From Bacteriovoracaceae bacterium (GTDB taxonomy: Bacteria; Bdellovibrionota; Bacteriovoracia; Bacteriovoracales; Bacteriovoracaceae): 64,000 bases of DNA. The DNA is taken from the NCBI GenBank assembly GCA_049241565.1, contig JBMLQL010000064.1:8506-72505 (forward strand). Direction: 5' to 3'. Positions 37,421 through 45,651 of the stretch are shown one piece after another; the stretch's first letter is position 1, and the number at the start of each line of letters is the position of its first letter. The notes beneath the pieces were generated by a model. The model had not been told where the DNA came from. It made no database searches and worked only from the letters and a program-made list of their open reading frames with translations. The position numbers and the translations under genes are program-made.

Positions 37421-38944
37421 ATGAATATGAAGCTTCTAGGAGACTACTTTTCAGGCCAATTTTCTCACCCACAAGGTGTTGATTTATCATCGGCGGACGA
37501 GAGAATCCTTAAAACATGCCCAGCTGAGTTAAACGTTCAGCTATGGGAAGCCGGTGTTTATTATAAGCATATCGATAAGGTCATAGAGTCGGCCCAAAGA
37601 GGGTTTGAGACTTGGCGTAAACTCAGTCTTACAGACAGGGCCAATTATCTTAAAAAATATCAAGAAGTGGTTCGCGCTCGTAAAGACGATATCGCCATGG
37701 CCATTGCTCTAGAAGTGGGAAAACCACTTTGGGAAGCGAAAACGGAAGCAGCCGCCGTCGATGGTAAAGTCTCAGTAACGATCACTGACTCTCTTAAGCG
37801 AATTGAGCAAGAAACTCTTAAAGATGTGATGCCAAAAATTGATGGCCATGTGGTGTATAAACCTCTCGGTCCATCTCTTGTCATTGGCCCTTTTAATTTT
37901 CCATGTCACCTGGCCAATGGACAAATCCTCAGTGCCCTTCTGGCAGGAAACTCTATTATCTTCAAGCCTTCTGAGAAAACAATTTATTCGTCTCAACTAT
38001 TGATTGAATGTTTTCATCAGGCCGGATTCCCTGAGGGAGTGATCAACTTTATCAACGGAACTGGACATACTTCATCAATGCTCACAGGACACAAATCAAT
38101 CCGCGGTGTTTTCTTTACTGGCTCACGCGGTGTGGGTCTTCGTATTCTTGAAAATACTTATAAAGATCTTAATAAGCTTGTGGCCTTAGAGCTCGGTGGA
38201 AAAAATACAACAATTCTTCACCATGATACTAATATGTCTCACGCTCTTCCTGAGCTGCTTCGTTCATGCTTTCTAACGACTGGTCAGCGCTGTACATCGA
38301 CATCTCTCATTCTTGTTCATCGTAAAATTGAGCAAGAAATGATGGCAAAATTTAAGGCCCTCACTGAGCGTATTGTGGTTGATCACCCTACAAAAGCGAA
38401 AGCTGATCCATTTATGGGTTCATTGATTGATGCTCACGCTGAAAAACTTTATTTTGATTTCTGTGCCACTGGCCTTCAAGAAGGGGCAGAGGAAATTATT
38501 AAACCAACAAAACTTGATATTGGTTATGAAGGACACTATGTCTCTCCTTCAATTCATTATCTTGCTAAACCTCAGATTGGTGGAAAATTTATTCAAGATG
38601 AAATTTTTGGGCCAAACTGTACATTCATTCCTTATGACTCCATTGAAGAGGCCATCCATATTGCCAACTCTACTGACTACGGGCTTGCTGCTTCAATTTT
38701 TACTCGTGACACAGAGATTTATAAAACTTGTCTTCGTGATATCGATTCAGGTCTTCTCAATCTTAACCGCTCAACGGTAGGGGCCACGGCCCGGCTTCCT
38801 TTTGGGGGAGTTAAAAATTCAGGAAACCACCGTCCAGCGGCAGTCTCCATGATTGATCATTGTGTGAGCACAGTGGCCAGCTTAGAAACTCTTGATGATA
38901 CAAGTAGCAAAGTGGAAGATGTTGTTGGACTAAAAACATTATGA
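37421..38944 (+). CDS. astD: aldehyde dehydrogenase, succinylglutamate-semialdehyde dehydrogenase-like
   Basis: Contains LELGGKN and GQRCTSTS (catalytic Cys). AAGGA lies 6 nt upstream of ATG 37421. Confidence 0.75.
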   Translation: MNMKLLGDYFSGQFSHPQGVDLSSADERILKTCPAELNVQLWEAGVYYKHIDKVIESAQRGFETWRKLSLTDRANYLKKYQEVVRARKDDIAMAIALEVGKPLWEAKTEAAAVDGKVSVTITDSLKRIEQETLKDVMPKIDGHVVYKPLGPSLVIGPFNFPCHLANGQILSALLAGNSIIFKPSEKTIYSSQLLIECFHQAGFPEGVINFINGTGHTSSMLTGHKSIRGVFFTGSRGVGLRILENTYKDLNKLVALELGGKNTTILHHDTNMSHALPELLRSCFLTTGQRCTSTSLILVHRKIEQEMMAKFKALTERIVVDHPTKAKADPFMGSLIDAHAEKLYFDFCATGLQEGAEEIIKPTKLDIGYEGHYVSPSIHYLAKPQIGGKFIQDEIFGPNCTFIPYDSIEEAIHIANSTDYGLAASIFTRDTEIYKTCLRDIDSGLLNLNRSTVGATARLPFGGVKNSGNHRPAAVSMIDHCVSTVASLETLDDTSSKVEDVVGLKTL

Positions 38945-40185
38945 GCACCATTGCCTTAAATCCGCTCCCGCAAGAAACTGATGAAGACCTACGTAAAGAA
39001 AGATTCTACGTCATTATTCTCGCTGCGATCCAGGTTGCCCATATTCTAGACTTCGTGATCATGATGCCCTTGGGCCCCAATTTCATGCGTGTCTTCAATG
39101 TGACGACCACTCAGTTCTCGGCCCTTGTCTCTGCTTACACTTTCAGTGCAGGAATTGTCGGATTTCTAGGCGCTCTTTACGCGGATCATTTTGATCGCAA
39201 AAAATTTCTTCTCTTTAATTTTACCGGTTTTATCATCGGAACTGCCATGTGTGCCATGGCCCAAGGTTTTGCCTCTCTTCTGATCGCTCGTATTATTGCA
39301 GGTGCCTTCGGTGGAGTGCTCAACGCCTGTGTTCTCTCTCTGGTCACAGAGCTTATTCCCTTTAAACGTCGTGGAGCGGCCATGGGAGTCGTCATGTCTG
39401 CCTTCTCAGTGGCCAGTGTTCTAGGTATCCCTCTTGGTCTTTATTTGGCCAATACTTTTGACTGGCATGCCGCTTTTATTTTCATCTGTGTTCTCGCCGC
39501 CATTTTCTGGGTGGCCTCCATCATTATTCTCCCTGCGGTGAAAGTGGATCATGAGCCTACTTCGATAGTTCAGAATATGAAAAACTTTAAAAAGATTCTC
39601 ATTCAACCAGATTACCTTATTAGCTTCTCCCTCACGGTGATTCTTGCTTTTGGAGTTTTTGGAATTGTTCCTTTTATTTCACCTTATATGGTTAAAAACG
39701 TAGGCCTCACAGAAAAAGATCTTCCTCTTATTTATCTGGTTGGTGGAACGTGCACTATTATTTCGTCTCGAATTATTGGCAAGGCCTGTGACCGTCTTGG
39801 AAATCTAAAGGTTTTTAGATTCCTTGCTATCATCTCTATTCTGCCTATGCTTCTTCTCACCAATGCTCCTGCTCTCCCAATTTGGGGAGCCTTGATGGTG
39901 ACATCAATGTTTGTGGTTTTTGTTTCCGGAAGATTTATTCCGGCCATGACTTTAATCTCTGGTATGGTAAAACCTAAAGAGCGCGGAACTTTTATGAGTT
40001 TAGAGAATGCCTTCAGGCAGCTGGCCTCAGGCGCAAGTTCGCAAATCGCAGGAATTCTCATCACCACAGGGGCCATGGGTGAGCTCATTGGTTATTCACG
40101 TGTGGGCCTTATCGGCGCAGCCACGTCGGTGGTCGCCTTATTTATTGCAACAATTGTCAGTAAAAAATTAACATTTCAGAAATAG
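38941..40185 (+). CDS. MFS transporter
   Basis: Looks like 12 TM segments. The D-R-x-x-R-K-like loop is DHFDRKKF. ATGA overlap with astD. Confidence 0.8.
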   Translation: MSTIALNPLPQETDEDLRKERFYVIILAAIQVAHILDFVIMMPLGPNFMRVFNVTTTQFSALVSAYTFSAGIVGFLGALYADHFDRKKFLLFNFTGFIIGTAMCAMAQGFASLLIARIIAGAFGGVLNACVLSLVTELIPFKRRGAAMGVVMSAFSVASVLGIPLGLYLANTFDWHAAFIFICVLAAIFWVASIIILPAVKVDHEPTSIVQNMKNFKKILIQPDYLISFSLTVILAFGVFGIVPFISPYMVKNVGLTEKDLPLIYLVGGTCTIISSRIIGKACDRLGNLKVFRFLAIISILPMLLLTNAPALPIWGALMVTSMFVVFVSGRFIPAMTLISGMVKPKERGTFMSLENAFRQLASGASSQIAGILITTGAMGELIGYSRVGLIGAATSVVALFIATIVSKKLTFQK

Positions 40186-40194
40186 AATCAATTT

Positions 40195-41100
40195 ATGATC
40201 AATAAAGCTCACCTCGCGGCGATTATCTCCTTCTCAATGTGGGGTATCTTCCCCTTGTACTGGAAATGGTTGGATGAACTTGGCCCTCTGGATCTTTTTG
40301 GACAACGTCTTCTCTGGTCTTTTATTACACTCATGATCATCTTATTTTTCCAAAAGAAAATAAAGATCATGAAAGACATTTGGTCTTCACGAAAAACGAG
40401 ACATCTGCTGATTCTCTCTTCCATACTTATCTCGTCAAACTGGCTGATTTATATCTACGCTGTTCATATCCACCGAGTGATTGAAGCGAGCATGGGCTAT
40501 TTTCTCAATCCAATTCTCAATATCTTCATGGGCTGGCTTATTCTTAAAGAAAAAATCCGTCCCACTCAATGGCCTAGTATCATCCTGGCCATTATTGCTA
40601 TTGTTGTTATTGTGGTTCAATCCGATCTCACATCATTTCCATGGATTGCTGTCTTCCTCTCTTTGACTTTTGCGGCTTATGGTCTTGTGAGAAAAGTGGC
40701 CCATGTCGGATCACTTGAGGGACTCAGTTTTGAAACTCTTGTCATCATTGCTCCCGTCATGTGGTACTGGCTTCAAGGAAGCTCAGGGCCTATCTCAAGC
40801 CTTGAAATACTTCCTGCTTACAAAATCATTGGTCTCTCTCTTTCAGGGCTCATCACTTGTGTACCTTTAATGCTTTTTGCTCACGCCGCAAGAAATCTTC
40901 CTCTCGGAACATTGGGTTTTATTGGCTACCTCTCCCCTTCACTCAAATTTCTTTGCGGACTCATCGTCTTTAAAGAAACTCTTAGTGCTGAGAGACTTCA
41001 GGCCTTTGCTCTTATTTGGATTGCACTTGCTTGGTACACCACTGAGGCGTTTATGAATCAAAGAAAACAAAAAAAGAAGAATGCGTTGGTTGAGGTCTAA
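40195..41100 (+). CDS. rarD: RarD/EamA-family (DMT) transporter
   Basis: The N-terminus AIISFSMWGIFPLYWKWL is typical of RarD, and there are 10 hydrophobic segments. Confidence 0.75.
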   Translation: MINKAHLAAIISFSMWGIFPLYWKWLDELGPLDLFGQRLLWSFITLMIILFFQKKIKIMKDIWSSRKTRHLLILSSILISSNWLIYIYAVHIHRVIEASMGYFLNPILNIFMGWLILKEKIRPTQWPSIILAIIAIVVIVVQSDLTSFPWIAVFLSLTFAAYGLVRKVAHVGSLEGLSFETLVIIAPVMWYWLQGSSGPISSLEILPAYKIIGLSLSGLITCVPLMLFAHAARNLPLGTLGFIGYLSPSLKFLCGLIVFKETLSAERLQAFALIWIALAWYTTEAFMNQRKQKKKNALVEV

Positions 41101-42035
41101 CCAATCCCCAACACTTCTGCTTTCTTAGGTGCCTTCTTTAAATGATCAGGAAGTTGTTTTTTAATCATCTCAATTAATCCATCTTGGATAGAAAGTTTGA
41201 TTGCAAATGGGCCTGTCACAAAGCTAATTTCACGGACAGGAACAAAAGATTTAAAAGGGCGAAGATTTTTTTGGTCAGCCGCGCTCATCTGATGAGAACA
41301 GAGTTCAGGTAGAAAAGTAAATCCATCGCCATTTTTAACCATTTGAATGAGAGTCTCTAAGCTTCCTGCTTCGAAATAGAGATTCTTTTTGGTCGATTGG
41401 TGATTGACGTGACAAAGCTGAAGGGCCTGGGCACGAAGACAGTGACCTTCTTTAAGAAGCCAAGCTTCTGAAGAATCAAGATCCTTATCATCAATTTGTT
41501 TTTTCTTTAACAGCTCATGTTTAGGTGAGAAAAATAATTCAAAAGGTTCATAGAAAAGAAATTCTTCTTTGAGTCCTTTCTCTTCAAGTGGAGTCGCTAG
41601 AATCGCTCCATCGATTTTATCTTCTTTTAAAAGCGAGATGATTTCATGAGTTTGATATTCAAAAACTTTTAATTTCACTTGCGGATACATTTTGACAAAT
41701 TTTTCAGCAAAAAGAGGAATAAGATAAGGGGCCAGTGTTGGAATCACCGCCAGGGAGAACTCCCCTTTCATTTCTTTACGAAGACTCATGCCTAGCTCTT
41801 CGAGAGCATCGGCCTCGAGCACCAGCTTGCGAGCGCGCTCCAACACTTTTTTTCCTAGGGCCGTAGGTTCCGTGGGAGTTTTCGTGCGATCAAAAATTTG
41901 GATCTGAAGATAGTCTTCAAGCTTATGAATCTGCATACTTAATGTTGGCTGAGTCACAAAACACTCTCGGGCAGCTTCACCAAAATTACGGCAACGGTCT
42001 ACGGCGAGAATATATCTGAGCTGAGTGAGGGTCAT
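41097..42035 (-). CDS. oxyR: LysR-family regulator, OxyR-like
   Basis: The HTH reads LRYILAVDRCRNFGEAARECFVTQPTLSMQIHKLE. LKEGHCLRAQALQLC has both redox cysteines spaced as in E. coli OxyR C199/C208. Confidence 0.75.
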   Translation of the reverse strand: MTLTQLRYILAVDRCRNFGEAARECFVTQPTLSMQIHKLEDYLQIQIFDRTKTPTEPTALGKKVLERARKLVLEADALEELGMSLRKEMKGEFSLAVIPTLAPYLIPLFAEKFVKMYPQVKLKVFEYQTHEIISLLKEDKIDGAILATPLEEKGLKEEFLFYEPFELFFSPKHELLKKKQIDDKDLDSSEAWLLKEGHCLRAQALQLCHVNHQSTKKNLYFEAGSLETLIQMVKNGDGFTFLPELCSHQMSAADQKNLRPFKSFVPVREISFVTGPFAIKLSIQDGLIEMIKKQLPDHLKKAPKKAEVLGIG

Positions 42036-42096
42036 ACATTTTCCTTTTTGATCTGAAGTGATTATACTCTAGGTCTAGGCCATTTTTGGAGTACTT

Positions 42097-42540
42097 ATGA
42101 TCATTGTCCTCGTAATAATTGCAGTCATTGTGGGAAGTTTGATGCCTATTCAGGCCGGAATCAACGCGCAACTCTCTCAGGCACTCAAAAATCCATTTTC
42201 TGGGGCCTTAGTCTCCTTCATGATGGGAACAACTGCCCTTTTTCTTCTCTCTTTGACTCAATCAGCTTCCCTAGGCGAGCTTAAAAAAGTTCCCTCGCTG
42301 CCTCCTTATATGCTTCTAGGTGGAATTATGGGGGCAACCTTTGTGGGTTCATCTATTTATTTGATCCCTAAGCTTGGGGCCACGACGATGATTGCCGCCT
42401 TTGTCACAGGCCAATTAATCATGTCATTGGTTGTGGATCATTACGGCATTCTTGGTCTGGCCTCTCACCCTATTAATATGATCCGTTTGGCCGGAGTGGT
42501 TCTTCTTTTTATTGGACTCATTCTCATTTTAAAATTCTAA
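42097..42540 (+). CDS. DUF606/YdcZ-family DMT membrane protein
   Basis: 147 aa with GSLMPIQAGINAQLSQAL, typical of YdcZ. Confidence 0.7.
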   Translation: MIIVLVIIAVIVGSLMPIQAGINAQLSQALKNPFSGALVSFMMGTTALFLLSLTQSASLGELKKVPSLPPYMLLGGIMGATFVGSSIYLIPKLGATTMIAAFVTGQLIMSLVVDHYGILGLASHPINMIRLAGVVLLFIGLILILKF

Positions 42541-42543
42541 GCT

Positions 42544-43539
42544 ATGATCAAACTCACTCATGCCAAGAAAATTTTTGATAAACGTGGGATTGCAGGCCTT
42601 CACTCACTTAATCTCTCTTTTGATGGGTCAAAACTTTTTGCCATTATGGGCCCCTCGGGTTCTGGTAAAACCACTTTGCTTAAAGCTATTTCAAAAGAGA
42701 TTGTTTTAGACTCTGGAGTCATTACCGGAAACGATCATGTGGCCTATCTCAATTCAACGACCATGCTTGACTCAAGCAAAACAATGCATCAAACACTTTT
42801 TGATGCCATCACGGTGACTGAAGACGAAGATAAAAAAATTCAGCTTGTGCGTGATATGAGTATGCTCTTTGAGATGACAGGGAAACTTAAAACTCTTGTC
42901 TCTGAACTCTCGGCCGGGCAATACCAGCGAGTCCTCCTCGCCAGCTTTTTAATTAATCGTCCCACTGTTCTTCTTTTGGATGAACCCTTTAGTAATCTTG
43001 ATGAAACTCTCAGGCAAGAGCTCATGATTCAATTGAAGGCCTTAATTCTTGAAAGAGAAATTATGGTTTTGTGGGTCACTCATCAAACTGGAGAGGCCCT
43101 AAGCTTTGCTGATCATATTGTTCTTCTTCAGCATGGTTCAGTCGAACAACAAGGAAGTGCTCAAGAGCTCTTCTTTAAACCTAAGTCTATTTTTGCGGCT
43201 CAATTTTTTGGACATCATAATCTCTACGCTATTCACCACTCAAATCACACTTCAACATGGGTCACTCCTTGGGGTGAGCACCCGCTTAATATTGAAGAGA
43301 AAAGACCTGAAGTCGTTTTAGTTATTCCTGAAGAGAGTATCTCTTTAGGTGATGGCCCTTATGAGGGAAGAATCCTCTCTCTGCAATTTCTAGGGGCCCT
43401 CACTAAGGTTGAGCTTGAGTCCTCGGCCCAAATTTTAGTGGCAAAAATACCTAGTCGCCTTGCTCTAGCACTTCAGAGAGGGCAAAAAATCAGCTTTAAT
43501 ATTAAATGGTTAGACTGCTTTGAGATTGGGTGCTTGTAG
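42544..43539 (+). CDS. ABC transporter ATP-binding protein with a TOBE-like C-terminal extension and no adjacent permease
   Basis: Contains GPSGSGKTT, LSAGQYQRV and LLLDEPFSNLD. Confidence 0.8.
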   Translation: MIKLTHAKKIFDKRGIAGLHSLNLSFDGSKLFAIMGPSGSGKTTLLKAISKEIVLDSGVITGNDHVAYLNSTTMLDSSKTMHQTLFDAITVTEDEDKKIQLVRDMSMLFEMTGKLKTLVSELSAGQYQRVLLASFLINRPTVLLLDEPFSNLDETLRQELMIQLKALILEREIMVLWVTHQTGEALSFADHIVLLQHGSVEQQGSAQELFFKPKSIFAAQFFGHHNLYAIHHSNHTSTWVTPWGEHPLNIEEKRPEVVLVIPEESISLGDGPYEGRILSLQFLGALTKVELESSAQILVAKIPSRLALALQRGQKISFNIKWLDCFEIGCL

Positions 43540-43548
43540 AATAAAAAA

Positions 43549-43576
43549 GCCCAAAAATGTTAGCGCATTTTTGGGC
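43549..43576. terminator. hairpin after the ABC ATPase gene with a TTAGCG loop
   Basis: 11-bp stem GCCCAAAAATG / CATTTTTGGGC with loop TTAGCG. An A-run lies on the 5' side and there is no T-run on the 3' side. Confidence 0.5.
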
Positions 43577-43583
43577 AGCATCT

Positions 43584-43602
43584 TAGCTAAAAACCGGAGG
43601 GC
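43584..43602 (+). repeat. direct repeat copy 1: TAGCTAAAAACCGGAGGGC
   Basis: A perfect 19-mer, repeated at 43836..43854. Here it forms the 5' arm of an imperfect hairpin, CCGGAGGGCA-C-TGCCTTACGG (43594..43614), followed by a T-rich tract. Confidence 0.85.
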
Positions 43603-43764
43603 ACTGCCTTACGGTTATTCTATTATTTAACTTTCCATAAAAAAATTCAACTTTATTTCAACTCTGGAATTTAATCACTGAAAGCAGGATTAAAATTATC
43701 ATCCTTCACAAGATTGAGTAATAAACCTTTGCGGGGAAAACTCCTCTCTAAGGGGGTGATTTTT

Positions 43765-43842
43765 ATGCTGATATGGCTTTTGGTAGTCATAGTGAAGTTT
43801 CTTGAACTCATAGTAGTTCTTTTAGACTTCCCATCTAGCTAA
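43765..43842 (+). CDS. unannotated small ORF encoding a 25-aa hydrophobic peptide, MLIWLLVVIVKFLELIVVLLDFPSS
   Basis: It falls below the ORF-track size cutoff. AAGGGGGTGA sits 5 nt upstream of the ATG. The TAA stop lies inside repeat copy 2, and a GC-rich hairpin with a T-tract follows directly. Confidence 0.5.
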   Translation: MLIWLLVVIVKFLELIVVLLDFPSS

Positions 43843-43854
43843 AAACCGGAGGGC
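43836..43854 (+). repeat. direct repeat copy 2: TAGCTAAAAACCGGAGGGC
   Basis: Identical to copy 1, 252 bp downstream. It contains the small ORF's stop codon and the 5' arm of the hairpin. Confidence 0.85.
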
Positions 43855-43880
43855 GTGGTTAGCGTCACGCCCTCCTTTCT
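43848..43880. terminator. GC-rich hairpin terminator, apparently bidirectional, with a TTAGCG-containing loop
   Basis: Stem GGAGGGCGTG / CACGCCCTCC with loop GTTAGCGT. TTTCT follows on the plus strand. AAAAACC precedes it, which gives a T-tract when read on the minus strand. Confidence 0.65.
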
Positions 43881-44022
43881 CCGTGCAATCAGATAGTTAT
43901 CCTAGACTGTCAAATCCTTAAACACCCCCTTGTAGAATCTTCACTGCCCCTGCCCCAGGGCTCGTTTCAAATAGATAATCAGTTTAATTTTATTGCTTCA
44001 CGAACCTGACAAAGGATTAACG

Positions 44023-44721
44023 ATGAAAAAGCTTCTACTCTCTTCTCTACTTGCTCTTTCTTTTAACTCCATGGCCGTTTGTAATGAAGCTACACTTAAT
44101 GAAATGAGCCTCACGATGGAGCAGCTTGAAGAAGTTGTAAACATGTCGATGGATCAAGATAAGCCGAGCTTTAAAAAACGTGCTTACACTGGTTATGATA
44201 TGCTTGTTAAAATCAATACGAATTTCAAAGCACCAGTTGTTGGTAAAGATACATACTTTGGTTATATCTACACAGTTCCAGGAAATAACTCGATCGTAAA
44301 ATACCGTGACGAAATAACAGCTAACGACCATTACAAATCAGAAATCAATGAGCCGTCTACTCAGTATATGTCATCCTATAAAGTAAATGACTTCAAAGCC
44401 GCTAACGGACTTGAGCTAATCAATGCTGGTGGAGCTTATGTAAGACTAAAATCAAAAGACTTTAATATGTCATCTGGTGGGACACTAAATCTAAGCTTCA
44501 AGATCCCTCTTCAAAAATCTGGATCAGTTGATATCATTGTGAAAAAAGTGAACGGAAAACTTAAAACTCACGTGAAAAATGGGCAAGGCCAATTGGTTCC
44601 ATTTGACTCACTGAATCTTAATGCGAAGAAAACAATGATTACAGGGACTTCGATTCTGAACGGTGTTCGTAATATTGAATTCATCAGTGGTGGAAAAGCG
44701 GTTCATACCTATTCAATGTAA
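44023..44721 (+). CDS. secreted hypothetical protein
   Basis: Signal peptide MKKLLLSSLLALSFNSMA. AAAGGA lies upstream of ATG 44023; the track's TTG start at 43993 is less likely. Confidence 0.65.
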   Translation: MKKLLLSSLLALSFNSMAVCNEATLNEMSLTMEQLEEVVNMSMDQDKPSFKKRAYTGYDMLVKINTNFKAPVVGKDTYFGYIYTVPGNNSIVKYRDEITANDHYKSEINEPSTQYMSSYKVNDFKAANGLELINAGGAYVRLKSKDFNMSSGGTLNLSFKIPLQKSGSVDIIVKKVNGKLKTHVKNGQGQLVPFDSLNLNAKKTMITGTSILNGVRNIEFISGGKAVHTYSM

Positions 44722-44745
44722 GACCCTCGTGATAGTCTTGCGCCC

Positions 44746-45651
44746 ATGGCAGTAACATATTTTGATAAAGAAACATACAAACGCAAACCTGAGTGGCTTA
44801 AAGTTAACCTCCCAACGGGGGACAACTTTAAGGACCTCAGAGATAACATGCGACAAAAAGGTCTCGCCACAGTCTGTGAGGAGGCCAAATGCCCAAACAT
44901 TTCTGAGTGCTGGAGTTCTCGAACCGCCACGGTCATGATCCTTGGTGACACTTGTACTCGTGCTTGTAAATTCTGCCACGTCAAAACAGGGAACCCAAAA
45001 GGTTTCATCAATACTGAAGAAATTGAGAATACATCTAAGATGGTCGCGATGATGTCTCTTCGCTATATCGTGATCACAAGTGTGGATCGTGATGATTTAG
45101 AAGATCATGGGGCCGGACATTTTGCGGCGGTGATTCGCAAGGTCAATGCTGATCATCCAGAAACCAAAGTAGAAGTGCTTATTCCTGATTTTGCCGGTGA
45201 TGAAGCACGTATGCGCGTTCTTGCTGACAGTAACCCATTCGTGATTGCTCAGAATATTGAAACAGTCAGACGCCTCACTCATCCTGTTCGTGATATTCGT
45301 GCAGGTTATGATAAAACCATGAGCTGTCTTAAATTCTATAAAGAGAATTATCCTCATATTCAAACGAAGACCTCTATTATGGTGGGGCTTGGTGAGGAAT
45401 GGTCAGAGATTCAAGAAACTCTTGAAGACGCAAGAGCGGCCGGAGTGGATATCATTACTTTTGGTCAATACCTTCAGCCAAGCAAACGTCATCTTGATGT
45501 AAAAAAATATTATACTCCAGATGAGTTTGAAGAACTCAAACGCATGGCCTTAAAACTTGGTTTCAAATTTGTGGCCTCTGGTCCACTTGTGCGAAGCTCA
45601 TACAAGGCTGGGGATTTTCTTGATTATGTTGAATCAACTCAATCTAAATAA
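44746..45651 (+). CDS. lipA: lipoyl synthase
   Basis: Contains CEEAKCPNISEC and the radical-SAM motif CTRACKFC. Confidence 0.9.
   Translation: MAVTYFDKETYKRKPEWLKVNLPTGDNFKDLRDNMRQKGLATVCEEAKCPNISECWSSRTATVMILGDTCTRACKFCHVKTGNPKGFINTEEIENTSKMVAMMSLRYIVITSVDRDDLEDHGAGHFAAVIRKVNADHPETKVEVLIPDFAGDEARMRVLADSNPFVIAQNIETVRRLTHPVRDIRAGYDKTMSCLKFYKENYPHIQTKTSIMVGLGEEWSEIQETLEDARAAGVDIITFGQYLQPSKRHLDVKKYYTPDEFEELKRMALKLGFKFVASGPLVRSSYKAGDFLDYVESTQSK

Noticed and set aside
43584-43854. Reading the 19-bp direct repeats as the boundaries of a mobile element.
   Set aside because: There is no integrase, transposase or terminal inverted repeats, and the segment is only 252 bp. I kept it as one alternative explanation in the findings but did not annotate a mobile element.
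43885-43913. Perfect TTGACA on the minus strand (43913..43908) that could drive an antisense RNA toward the small peptide ORF.
   Set aside because: No acceptable -10 hexamer occurs at a 16-18 nt spacing (GATTGC, TGATTG and ATTGCA are the options). Any transcript would also end almost immediately at the bidirectional hairpin. An antitoxin sRNA promoter is therefore not supported by sequence alone.
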